From contig DASUDA010000191.1 in the NCBI GenBank assembly GCA_036275835.1, forward strand, positions 263 to 64,262: DNA of 64,000 bases. Direction: 5' to 3'. Under the pieces are notes generated by a model that worked only from the letters and a program-made list of their open reading frames with translations, had not been told where the DNA came from and made no database searches. The position numbers and the translations under genes are program-made. This document shows positions 18,629-27,762 of the stretch, one piece after another. The number at the start of each line of letters is the position of its first letter. Within the stretch, counting starts at the first letter, position 1. The DNA is from a bacterium (GTDB lineage: Bacteria; Sysuimicrobiota; Sysuimicrobiia; Sysuimicrobiales; Segetimicrobiaceae).

Positions 18629-20388
18629 CGGTTCTCGCCGGGGCCCTCTGGGCCGGGCTGGCGGTCCTTCCCGCGGTCGTCCACAACGCCTACTTTCTCA
18701 ACGGGATGATCCTCGTCTTCATCTACGGGACCGCCGCGCAGGCGTGGAACCTCCTGGGGGGCTATTGCGGACAGCTCTCGTTCGGGCACGCGGTGTTCTT
18801 TGGGGTCGGCGCCTACACGAGCACGCTTCTCCTCATTCACGCCGGGGTCACCCCCTGGAGCGGGATGTGGGCGGGGGCGGCGCTTGCCGCGCTTCTCTCG
18901 CTCATCGTGGGCTACCCGACGTTTCGCTTGCGGCGCCACTACTTCGCGCTGGCGACGCTGGCGCTCGCGGAGATGGTACGGATCCTGTTCCTCAACTGGC
19001 CGTTCGTGGGCGCCGCGGTCGGGGTCTACCTGCCTCTCTCCTTGATGAACCGGCCTTGGGCGTTCATGTGGAATACGAAGCCGCCCTACTACGAGGCGGC
19101 TCTTGCGCTGTTCGGCCTCGCCTGCGCGCTGGTGGCGGTCACCGACCGGACGCGGCTGGGTCTGTACCTCCGCGCGATCGATCAGGACGAGGACGCGGCT
19201 GCGGCGCTGGGCATTCCCGCCCGGAAATATAAGCTGCTCGCGATGGGCCTCAGCGCCGCCCTCACCGCCCTGGCGGGATCCGTGTTCGCCCAATACATCC
19301 TCTACATCGACCCGTCGACTGTTCTCGATCCGTCGCGGTCCGTGCTGTTCGCGGTCATGGCCCTGCTGGGAGGCCGAGGAACCGTGATCGGTCCCGCGCT
19401 GGGGGCCGGATTCCTCACGCTGCTCTCGCAGTACGCCGGCGGCACGCTGGGCGGTCTTGGCCGCGGCTACGATTATGTCTTGTACGGGCTGGCCATCATG
19501 CTCGTCGCCGTGTACGAGCCGCGGGGTCTCGTGGGCGTTCTCGCCCTCCTCGGCCGGGCGATGCGGCGGGGGCCGAGGCGGCCGGTGACCACCGCGCCGG
19601 TTCCATCCCCCGGCGCCGGCCCGCGCGGGGCCGATCCCCGGACGTCACTTCTCGATGTCGAAGCGCTCGTGAAGCGGTTCGGAGGAGTAGAGGCGCTGCG
19701 GGGAGTCACCCTAAGCGTGCGGCGGGGGGAGATCGTGGGAGTCCTGGGGCCGAACGGCGCCGGAAAATCCACGCTCTTCGACTGCATTACCGGGTTCACG
19801 GTGCCGTCGGGGGGGACCATCGTCCTTCGGGCCGGCGGCAGCGACCGCGTGCTGGCGGGCCGCGCTCCCGCGTGGATCGCGCAGCAGGGGCTCGCGCGGA
19901 CGTTTCAGCTCATCCGCGTCTTCCCCGGTCTGACGGTTCTGGAAAACATGCTGGCCGGGCAGGAGCACCGGGGCGAGCCGCTTTTCCACGTGTTTCGATC
20001 GAGCCCTCGCGAGGTCCGGGAACGGGTGGAAGACCTTCTGCGGCTTGTCGGGCTCGAGGGGTCCCCGGACGCCCTCGCGGGGGAACTGTCGTATGGGCAG
20101 CAGAAGCTGCTCGCGCTGGCGATGACGCTCGTCCGCGGCCCGCGCCTGGTCTTGCTCGACGAGCCGGTAGCGGGCGTGACCCCCGCCGTGATCGAACGGC
20201 TGAAGAACCACATCCGCGCGCAGAACGCCGCGGGCGTCACCTTCCTGATCATCGAGCACAACATCGACGTCCTGACGGAACTGGCCGACCGTCTCTACTT
20301 CCTGGCGGACGGCCGCGTCGTGACGGAGGGGCCGCCTGAGGCCATTCAGCGGAGCGAGGAGGTCCTGAGCCTGTACTATGGACGGTAG
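18625..20388 (+). CDS. Fused LivM-type permease (N-terminal ~300 aa) and LivG-type ATP-binding domain (C-terminal)
   Basis: A hydrophobic N-terminal half is followed by GPNGAGKST Walker A, the LSYGQQK signature and the Walker B LLDEP, all in one uninterrupted frame. Confidence 0.8.
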   Translation: MTVLAGALWAGLAVLPAVVHNAYFLNGMILVFIYGTAAQAWNLLGGYCGQLSFGHAVFFGVGAYTSTLLLIHAGVTPWSGMWAGAALAALLSLIVGYPTFRLRRHYFALATLALAEMVRILFLNWPFVGAAVGVYLPLSLMNRPWAFMWNTKPPYYEAALALFGLACALVAVTDRTRLGLYLRAIDQDEDAAAALGIPARKYKLLAMGLSAALTALAGSVFAQYILYIDPSTVLDPSRSVLFAVMALLGGRGTVIGPALGAGFLTLLSQYAGGTLGGLGRGYDYVLYGLAIMLVAVYEPRGLVGVLALLGRAMRRGPRRPVTTAPVPSPGAGPRGADPRTSLLDVEALVKRFGGVEALRGVTLSVRRGEIVGVLGPNGAGKSTLFDCITGFTVPSGGTIVLRAGGSDRVLAGRAPAWIAQQGLARTFQLIRVFPGLTVLENMLAGQEHRGEPLFHVFRSSPREVRERVEDLLRLVGLEGSPDALAGELSYGQQKLLALAMTLVRGPRLVLLDEPVAGVTPAVIERLKNHIRAQNAAGVTFLIIEHNIDVLTELADRLYFLADGRVVTEGPPEAIQRSEEVLSLYYGR

Positions 20389-21103
20389 CCCGGCGCTGCT
20401 GGCGGTGGACGATCTCCACGCCGGCTACGGCCAGCAGGAAGTGCTGCGCGGAGTGACGCTCACCGTGCGGCCGGCGGAGACCGTCTGCATCATCGGCCCC
20501 AACGGCGCGGGAAAGTCGACGCTGCTCCGCACGGTGTTCGGCTTCCTCCGTCCCGCCCGGGGCACGATCTTCTTCGCCGGGACCTCTCTCGTCGGCCGCC
20601 GGCCTCCGGAGATCCTCCGGCAGGGGATCGCCTACGTGCCACAAGGGGTCAGCGTCCTTCCGCACCTCAGCGTGGAGGACAACCTCCTGCTCGCCGCCTA
20701 CATCCGGGAGGACCACGGCGTGCGCGGCGACATCGAGCGCTTGCTGGTGTCTTTCCCCGCGCTTGCGGAGCGCCGGCGCCGGCCCGCCCGGACCTTGAGC
20801 GGTGGTGAGCGGCGGATGCTGGAGATCGCGCGCATCCTGCTGGTGCATCCCCGGCTCGTGTTGCTGGATGAGCCGACGATCGGCCTGGCGGGCGTCGTGA
20901 TGGAGTTTGTCTATGAGAAGATTCGCGAGTTTCACCGCCGCGGCGTGGCGGTGCTGCTCGTCGAGCAAAATGCGCGCACGGCGCTGCGCCACAGCCACCG
21001 GGCCTACGTCCTCGAGCAGGGGCGCGTGCGGTTCGAGGGAAGCGGCGAAGAGATCCTGGCCCACCCGGACGTGCGGCGGGTCTATCTGGGGGAACGCGTA
21101 TGA
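20378..21103 (+). CDS. ABC transporter ATP-binding protein (LivF-like)
   Basis: GPNGAGKST Walker A, LSGGERRML signature, and Walker B LLDEP. Confidence 0.85.
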   Translation: MDGSPALLAVDDLHAGYGQQEVLRGVTLTVRPAETVCIIGPNGAGKSTLLRTVFGFLRPARGTIFFAGTSLVGRRPPEILRQGIAYVPQGVSVLPHLSVEDNLLLAAYIREDHGVRGDIERLLVSFPALAERRRRPARTLSGGERRMLEIARILLVHPRLVLLDEPTIGLAGVVMEFVYEKIREFHRRGVAVLLVEQNARTALRHSHRAYVLEQGRVRFEGSGEEILAHPDVRRVYLGERV

Positions 21104-23166
21104 CCGGCGCCCGGTGCCGGATCGGCGTGGACGTCGGAGGGACGTTTACCGACCTCATCGCCGCGCCCGAGGACGGCGGCGGTCTCATCCCGGTCAAGCT
21201 CCTCAGCACGCCCCGCTCGCCGGCGGACGGCGTGATCGACGCGCTCACCCGGTTCCTCGGGGGAAACGACGCGAACGCGAGCTACCTGGTGCACGCGTCC
21301 ACGATCGGCACAAACCTGTTCCTCGGCCAGATGGGACTCACCCTTCCCCGCACAGCCCTGGTGTGCACCGAAGGGTTTCGTGACGTCCTCGAGATCGGCC
21401 GCCAGCGCCGCGCCGAGTTGTACAATCTCTTCTATCAGCGGCCTCGCGCCCTCGTCGACCGCCGGCATCGAATCGGGATCCCGGAACGAATCGATTGGGA
21501 GGGGCGCGTCGTGCGTCCTCTCGATGAAGAGAGCGTCCGCGCCGCGGGCCGCCGGCTCGCCGCCGAAGGCGTCGAGGCCGTGGCGATCGCGTTTCTGCAC
21601 AGCTACGCCAATCCGGCGCACGAGCGGCGGGCGAAGGCGCTGCTGGCCGAGATCCTGCCGCAGGCCGTCGTCATCGCGTCCAGCGAGGTGGACCCCGAAT
21701 ACCGGGAGTACGAGCGCACGAGCACGACAGTCGTCAACGCCGTGCTCTCACCCGTCGTGTCGCGATATCTCCGCAGCCTCGCCCACCGCTTGCCGCAGGG
21801 GATGTCCGGGACGCCGCTGTACGCGATGCAGAGCAGCGGGGGCATCACGACGATCGAGGGCGCGGCGGCGACCCCCGGCGCGGTCATCGAATCTGGCCCT
21901 GCCGCGGGCGTCGTCGGCGCCGCCGCGTTCGCCCGGACCCTGGGCCTCGCCCGCGCGCTCAGCTTTGACATGGGCGGCACGACCGCCAAGGCCGGCGCCG
22001 TGATCGACGGCCGGCCGGAGGTCGTCACGGAGTACGAAGTCGGCGGCGTGGTGCACGCCGGAAGGATCGTGCGCGGCAGCGGCTATCCCGTCCGCTCCCC
22101 GTTCATTGACCTGGCCGAGGTGAGCGCGGGCGGCGGCACCGTGGCCTGGGTGGACGACGCCGCGCTGCGCTGCGGGCCGGTGAGCGCGGGCGCGGATCCT
22201 GGGCCCGCCTGTTACGGCCTCGGGGGCGACCGCCCAACGGTCACAGACGCTCACCTGGCGCTTGGCCTGCTGTCTCCGGAAGGCCTCCTGGGAGGGCGGA
22301 TGGGTCTGTCGCGCAGCGCCGCGGAGCGCGCGCTCAAGACGGTTGCCGGCCCGCTGGGGTTGGAGCTCACCGCCGCCGCCGCCGGAATCCTGGAGGTCGT
22401 CAACGCGCAAATGGCCCGGGCGCTCCGGATCGTCTCGCTCGAGCGCGGCCATGATCCGCGGGAGATGGTGATGGTGGCGTTCGGCGGCGCCGGACCGATG
22501 CACGCGGCGGCGCTCGCCGACGATCTGGGCATCAGGGAGGTGGTGATCCCCGCGACCCCCGGCCTGTTCTCGGCGGTGGGATTGCTGGCGGCCGATCTCC
22601 GGTGCGACCGCGTGGAGAGCGTCATGCGGCCGCTGGCGCATGTCGACGGCGCCTGGCTGGAGACACGATTTCGCCACCTCGACGCGGAGGCGCGGCAGGC
22701 CGTGCAAGACGGCGACGGGCGGCGGAGGGTGGTCGTACAGCGGGGTCTCGATCTCCGCTACATCGGGCAGTCGTACGAACTGACCGTGCCGGGCGAGGTG
22801 GGGGTGGAGAAGGCGGCGGAGGCGTTCCGGGCCCGCCACGCGGACATTTACGGATACGCGCCCGCCCAGGAACCGGTCGAGGTCGTGAACGTGCGCGTGA
22901 CGGCGTTTGGGATCATGCCGTCCCTCGCATTCGAGGCGGCGCGCGCCGCCTCGCCATCCGCGCATGCACCGCAGACCCGGCAGGCGTATCTTGCGGGCCG
23001 GTGGGAAGAGGTCCCGGTCCTGACCCGGAGCGCGCTCGAGCCGGGACGGCACGTGGCCGGCCCCGCGATCGTCGAAGAGAGCGATGCCACGACGGTCGTT
23101 CCTCCCGGATGGTCGGTGCGCGCCGAGCAGGCGGGAACGCTCCGCATGAGGAGGACCCGGATGTAA
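21100..23166 (+). CDS. hyuA: Hydantoinase/oxoprolinase family protein, A subunit (HyuA-like)
   Basis: N-terminal GVDVGGTFTD and overall hydantoinase A architecture (688 aa). Its start overlaps the upstream stop. Confidence 0.85.
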   Translation: MTGARCRIGVDVGGTFTDLIAAPEDGGGLIPVKLLSTPRSPADGVIDALTRFLGGNDANASYLVHASTIGTNLFLGQMGLTLPRTALVCTEGFRDVLEIGRQRRAELYNLFYQRPRALVDRRHRIGIPERIDWEGRVVRPLDEESVRAAGRRLAAEGVEAVAIAFLHSYANPAHERRAKALLAEILPQAVVIASSEVDPEYREYERTSTTVVNAVLSPVVSRYLRSLAHRLPQGMSGTPLYAMQSSGGITTIEGAAATPGAVIESGPAAGVVGAAAFARTLGLARALSFDMGGTTAKAGAVIDGRPEVVTEYEVGGVVHAGRIVRGSGYPVRSPFIDLAEVSAGGGTVAWVDDAALRCGPVSAGADPGPACYGLGGDRPTVTDAHLALGLLSPEGLLGGRMGLSRSAAERALKTVAGPLGLELTAAAAGILEVVNAQMARALRIVSLERGHDPREMVMVAFGGAGPMHAAALADDLGIREVVIPATPGLFSAVGLLAADLRCDRVESVMRPLAHVDGAWLETRFRHLDAEARQAVQDGDGRRRVVVQRGLDLRYIGQSYELTVPGEVGVEKAAEAFRARHADIYGYAPAQEPVEVVNVRVTAFGIMPSLAFEAARAASPSAHAPQTRQAYLAGRWEEVPVLTRSALEPGRHVAGPAIVEESDATTVVPPGWSVRAEQAGTLRMRRTRM

Positions 23167-23216
23167 CTCGGCGGCCGACCATGCCTCGCGGACGCCATTA
23201 AGCGACTACTCTGGAG

Positions 23217-24860
23217 GTGACGACGCGACTGGTGAGACCCGATCCCGTCACGGTCGAAGTGATCCGGAACGCGATGGTGTACGCGGCGGAAGAGATGGGC
23301 CTCTCTCTCCGGAACGCGAGCTATTCCCCGAACATCAAGGAGCGGATGGACCACTCCTGCGCTCTGTTTGATGCGGACGCCCGCCTGATCGCGCAGGCGG
23401 AGCACATTCCCGCCCACCTGGGCTCGATGCCGCTGGGCGTGCGGAACACGGTGCCGTTGCTCCGCGCCCGGCCTCAGCACCCCGGCGACGTCTTCATCAT
23501 CAACGATCCCTACATCGCCGGCACCCACCTCAACGACATCATGGTGATCCGACCGCTCTTCCATCAGGGAGAGATCATCGGGTACAGCGCCAACAAGGCC
23601 CACCACGTGGACGTCGGCGGCCGCACGCCGGGCAGTCTCAGCAGCGATGCCCGGGAACTGTGCGAAGAAGGGGTGCGGATCCCTCTTCTGCCCATCATCC
23701 GCGAGGGGCGCGAAGTTCCGGAAACGGTCGAGATGATCCTGGCCAACGTCCGGTCCCCGGACACCACGCAGGGCGACCTCCGGGCGCAGATCGCGGCGGC
23801 CTCCCTGGGCGAGCGGCGCGTGGCCGAGCTCCTGGCGCGGCACGGGTGGGAGCGCATGGAGGCGGCCTGGGCGGCGATTCTCGATCAGGGGGAGGCGCAG
23901 GCGCGCCGCGCGTTTGCGTCGCTGCCCCCCGGCCGGTACGCGGCCGAGGACTGCCTGGAGGACGACGGCACACCGGGCGGGCTCCTCTGGCTGCGCGTCG
24001 CGGTCACGGTGGATCCCGCCGCGGTCCGCGTGGATTTCAGCGGAACGGATCCTCAGGTGCCCCGGCCGATCAATGCGGTGTTCGGAGTGACCGTGGCCGG
24101 AGCGGTCTACGCTCTGAAGGCCGTGTGCGATCCTGGGACGCCGATGAATGAGGGCTGGCTGCGTCCGGTCGAGGTCATCGCCCCGCCCGGCACGGTGATC
24201 AACCCCGTCCGTCCGGCCCCGGTGGGCGTGGGGAACACAGAGACCAGCCAGCGTGTGGCCGACGTGGTGCTGCGCGCGCTCGCCGAGGCCGTCCCGGCCC
24301 GGGTGCCGGCAGCGTCAAACGGGTCGATGAGCAACGTGACCGTGGGTGGGTTCGATTCCCTCCGCGCTCGCCCGTGGACGTTTTACGAGACGATCGCCGG
24401 TGGGATGGGGGGACGGCGGGGGCTTGACGGAATCGACGGCATTCACTGCAACATGACGAACACGATGAACACGCCGATCGAGGCGATCGAGCAGGGGCTG
24501 CCTCTCCGGTTTCTCGCCTACGAGTTTCGCCCAGGGACGGGCGGCCGGGGGCGGTGGCGGGGCGGGTGCGGCGTCTGCCGGGCGTGGGAGCTGCTCGCGG
24601 ACGAGGCGACGGTCTCGATCCTCACCGAGCGCACCCGGGTCGCGCCGTGGGGCCTGGCCGGGGGGGAATCGGGCGGGCTGGCCCGCCATCGCGTGCGCAG
24701 GGCTGACGGCCGTGAGGAGGTGCTGCCGCCGAAGCACACCACCCGCCTGCGTCGCGGCGATGTTCTGATCATGGAGACCCCGGGCGGCGCCGGGTACGGG
24801 GATCCGGCGGATCGCGATCCGGCGGCGGCGCGGCGGGACCGGGAGAACGAACTGGCCTGA
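23217..24860 (+). CDS. hyuB: Hydantoinase B/oxoprolinase family protein, B subunit (HyuB-like)
   Basis: N-terminal DPVTVEVIRNAMVYAAEEMG and the rest of the hydantoinase B family pattern (547 aa). Confidence 0.85.
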   Translation: MTTRLVRPDPVTVEVIRNAMVYAAEEMGLSLRNASYSPNIKERMDHSCALFDADARLIAQAEHIPAHLGSMPLGVRNTVPLLRARPQHPGDVFIINDPYIAGTHLNDIMVIRPLFHQGEIIGYSANKAHHVDVGGRTPGSLSSDARELCEEGVRIPLLPIIREGREVPETVEMILANVRSPDTTQGDLRAQIAAASLGERRVAELLARHGWERMEAAWAAILDQGEAQARRAFASLPPGRYAAEDCLEDDGTPGGLLWLRVAVTVDPAAVRVDFSGTDPQVPRPINAVFGVTVAGAVYALKAVCDPGTPMNEGWLRPVEVIAPPGTVINPVRPAPVGVGNTETSQRVADVVLRALAEAVPARVPAASNGSMSNVTVGGFDSLRARPWTFYETIAGGMGGRRGLDGIDGIHCNMTNTMNTPIEAIEQGLPLRFLAYEFRPGTGGRGRWRGGCGVCRAWELLADEATVSILTERTRVAPWGLAGGESGGLARHRVRRADGREEVLPPKHTTRLRRGDVLIMETPGGAGYGDPADRDPAAARRDRENELA

Positions 24861-25659
24861 CCTCCCGGCAGAGCCGCACCGCGAGGGCCACCAGTTCCGC
24901 GTTGTCGCGAGCGAGCGCGCCATCCGGGCCGACCGTCGTGTCCTCCAGGCCGATGCGAATGTCGTGGCCCCCCACGATCGCCGACCGCAGCACCGCCCAC
25001 GTGGCGAGGCCGTTCCCGTGGTGCACCTGCCGCAGCGTCACCCCGGCGTCCTCGAGACGGGCGCTGATGGCGCTGGCGACCGCGACGGCCCGCGCGGAAT
25101 CCTCCGCGGTCGGCTCGATGAGGACGCGCAGACAGCTCTGAGGGAGCCCGCTCCCCAGAAAGCGGTCGGCGTCGTCGGTGTCCCAGAGCCCGGCCTCGAT
25201 CCCCACGCCGTCACGGATGAGCGCACGGCAGAGGTCGTGAACCCCCTCTTCCCGGACGTTGACGGAGACAAAGTCCGGCTTCACCCTCCACTCCGAGACA
25301 TGCGCGATGCGCCGCGTCAGGTCGGGCTCCGCGTCCGCGATGGTGCTGAGACCGACGGGCACGCCGGGGCACGCCCTCCGGATCGCGGCGACGACGGCGT
25401 CGACCGTGGCGGGCTCAAGCGTTTGCGCGCCGTCCGGGCGCAGCGCATGAACATGGAGCGCCCCCGCCCCGGCGGCGATGGCCCCGGCGGCGGCACGGGC
25501 GATCTCGTCGGGCGAGATCGGGACGGCGGGATGCTGGGCCCGTGTCGTGCCGCCGTTGAGGCAGGCCTTGAGCAGAATGCGTTCATCCACGCTCCGGTGT
25601 TCTCCCCTGTGGGGAGGGCTTCCTACGCCGCGGCACGTATCAGATGACAGGAGCGCCAT
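24769..25659 (-). CDS. BKACE family protein (DUF849; 3-keto-5-aminohexanoate cleavage enzyme-like)
   Basis: Family N-terminal block ILLKACLNGGTTRAQHPAVPISPDEIA. I trimmed the 547-aa track ORF to the in-frame ATG at 25659. The 3' end overlaps hyuB convergently by about 90 nt, and the tail is Pro/Arg-rich. Confidence 0.65.
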   Translation of the reverse strand: MALLSSDTCRGVGSPPHRGEHRSVDERILLKACLNGGTTRAQHPAVPISPDEIARAAAGAIAAGAGALHVHALRPDGAQTLEPATVDAVVAAIRRACPGVPVGLSTIADAEPDLTRRIAHVSEWRVKPDFVSVNVREEGVHDLCRALIRDGVGIEAGLWDTDDADRFLGSGLPQSCLRVLIEPTAEDSARAVAVASAISARLEDAGVTLRQVHHGNGLATWAVLRSAIVGGHDIRIGLEDTTVGPDGALARDNAELVALAVRLCREVRPVRSPGPAAPPPDRDPPDPRTRRRPGSP

Positions 25660-25698
25660 GTCGCCGCGAGGGTCACAACGTCGCGCGCGGGCAGGAGG

Positions 25699-26478
25699 GT
25701 GTCCGTGGGGCGGGCCGTGGACATTAACTGCGACCTGGGGGAGAGTTTCGGCGCGTACACGATCGGGGACGACTCCGCGATGATGCCCGTCATCACGTCC
25801 GCCAACATCGCGTGCGGGTTTCACGGGGGAGACCCGCTGGTGATGGAGCGCACCGTGCGCCTGGCGCGCGAGCATGGAGTCGAGATCGGGGCGCATCCGG
25901 GTTTTCCCGACCTGTGGGGGTTCGGCCGCCGCGAGATGCGCTTGTCCGCCGACGAGCTCCGGGCGGTGCTCACATATCAGATCGGCGCCCTGTGGGCGTT
26001 CGCCCGCGCCCAGGGGACGCGGCTGCAGCACGTCAAGCCCCATGGCGCCCTGTATAATATGGCGGCCAACGACGCGGGATGGTCGCGCGTCATCGCCGGC
26101 GCGATCGCCAGCATCGATTCCGGTCTGATTCTGGTGGCGTTGCACGGCTCCGTCATGGAGCGCTCTGGCCGGGACGCGGGCCTGCGGGTTGGCCGCGAGG
26201 CGTTCGGGGACCGCGCCTATAACGCGAACGGGACCCTGGTGCCCCGCGCGCGTCCCGACGCGCTCATCACGGAACCCGCGGCGGTGGCCCGCCGCGTCGT
26301 CGAGATGGTCACGGAGGGGACCGTGGAAACAGTGGACGGCGGTGAGATTCGCCTGGCCCCCGACACGCTCTGCTTCCACGGCGATACGCCGGGAGCGCCT
26401 CGCCTCGCTCACGCAGCACGGGATGCGCTCGTGCGCGTTGGCGTGGAGATCGCGCCGATGGGCCGATGGCTCTCGTGA
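25699..26478 (+). CDS. pxpA: 5-oxoprolinase subunit A (LamB/YcsF family)
   Basis: LamB/YcsF blocks (DINCDLGESFG, NIACGFHGGDP, HVKPHGALYN). No pxpB/pxpC homologs are present in the window. Confidence 0.85.
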   Translation: MSVGRAVDINCDLGESFGAYTIGDDSAMMPVITSANIACGFHGGDPLVMERTVRLAREHGVEIGAHPGFPDLWGFGRREMRLSADELRAVLTYQIGALWAFARAQGTRLQHVKPHGALYNMAANDAGWSRVIAGAIASIDSGLILVALHGSVMERSGRDAGLRVGREAFGDRAYNANGTLVPRARPDALITEPAAVARRVVEMVTEGTVETVDGGEIRLAPDTLCFHGDTPGAPRLAHAARDALVRVGVEIAPMGRWLS

Positions 26479-27362
26479 CGTCCTCCCGCGCCGCCGGCCT
26501 CGACTGGCGGCTCACCCTCGCGTTCATCGACACGGCTGGCGGCGAGATGGAGCGCGCCCGGCTGCGCGGCCTGCTCGGCCGCGCCCGTCCGGATCCCAAG
26601 GCCGTTCTCACGCTTGAGGCGCGGCAGAATCTCGACGGCGGGTTTCCGCACGACCTGATCCACCAGGGGCAGCCTTCTACGATTCGGGCGACGGCAACCG
26701 CGCTCACCTGGCTGGAGGACCTCGGTCTCCGCGGTGGCCCCCTCGTTGACCACGTCCTCACCTTTCTTCTGGCGGTTCAGCGGCCCGACGGCTCCTGGGA
26801 CGAACCCCCGGGTGTGCTCCGCTACGGGCCGCCGACGCACCTCATACCCGGCGATCCTAGGGTTCGGGCCCTCTCCACCGCGCTGGCGGCCTACTGGCTC
26901 GCACGGATGCGGTATGGAGGTGATGCGATCTCACGCGCCGTCGCATACCTGCGGGCGCGCCAGGCGCCGGACGGGCGCTTCCTGGGATTTCTTCGGACGA
27001 CGTGGCTGGGGACGGCTCTTTTCAGGCTCGTGGAGGGGGAGGACTCGGCCTGCGCCGGACGGGGCCTTGAGGCGCTTTCAGCCGTGGACGCGAACCGGTG
27101 GCATCCCGGCGCCTTGGCCGGGATGCTCGCCTGCCTGGCGGAGGTGGGTGTGCCGGAGAACCAGCCGCTCATCGCGCGCAGCCTTGCGCGCCTGCGGAGC
27201 CTCGCCCGGCTCGACGGATCGTGGCTGTCCGAGGACGGTGACCTCTCTCCTGTGGAGCTGACCCTGCGGGCGCTGCGCGCGCTCCTCCTCTATGGCGCCG
27301 TCTCCCCCGGGCCGGAGCGGGATGTGGCGGGGCCACCGGCCGTACCTCGCGGACGCCCCTGA
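26466..27362 (+). CDS. Prenyltransferase/squalene-oxidase-repeat (alpha-alpha toroid) protein, function unknown
   Basis: Repeated Q..DG(S/R)(W/F) motifs (QNLDGGFPHD, QRPDGSWDE, QAPDGRF, LDGSWLSE). It overlaps the pxpA stop by 13 nt. Confidence 0.55.
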   Translation: MALVTSSRAAGLDWRLTLAFIDTAGGEMERARLRGLLGRARPDPKAVLTLEARQNLDGGFPHDLIHQGQPSTIRATATALTWLEDLGLRGGPLVDHVLTFLLAVQRPDGSWDEPPGVLRYGPPTHLIPGDPRVRALSTALAAYWLARMRYGGDAISRAVAYLRARQAPDGRFLGFLRTTWLGTALFRLVEGEDSACAGRGLEALSAVDANRWHPGALAGMLACLAEVGVPENQPLIARSLARLRSLARLDGSWLSEDGDLSPVELTLRALRALLLYGAVSPGPERDVAGPPAVPRGRP

Positions 27363-27412
27363 TCGACTATGATGGGGGCGACGACGCGACCGGCGGCGCA
27401 AGCGGCGCAAAG

Positions 27413-27751
27413 ATGAGCATCCAGGTGCTTCAGCAGATCCAGGGCGTGGTGAGCGAGGCAGTCGAGGAGCGCCGCGGACTCGTCGTCTACTCCAGGTTGG
27501 AACCGGCGGAGATGGACCGTCTTGCCCGCCGGCTCGAGCGAGAAGCGCTTGAGAAGATCCGGCGCCTTCTTCCTGAGCAGACGGTGGACCAGCGGGTGCT
27601 CGGCGTTCGGCACCGCCTGGAGCGGATGGAGAATGAACTCACCGAACTAGGAGGGCACGGCGAGATCCGGGAAACCAGCCGGCAAATGCAGACCGATGAG
27701 ATCGTGTGGCAGGCGTTTGAAGATATTGCGTGGATGCTCGGGGTGGAGTAA
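27413..27751 (+). CDS. Hypothetical protein (112 aa, charged and helical)
   Basis: The ORF has good GC3 bias. I did not recognise a family. Confidence 0.4.
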   Translation: MSIQVLQQIQGVVSEAVEERRGLVVYSRLEPAEMDRLARRLEREALEKIRRLLPEQTVDQRVLGVRHRLERMENELTELGGHGEIRETSRQMQTDEIVWQAFEDIAWMLGVE

Positions 27752-27762
27752 GCCGGGGCGGC

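Noticed and set aside
24769-26412. A 547-aa minus-strand ORF in the track.
   Set aside because: Only the 3' ~297 codons match the DUF849/BKACE family. The upstream part is antisense to pxpA and lacks family similarity. I trimmed it to the ATG at 25659.
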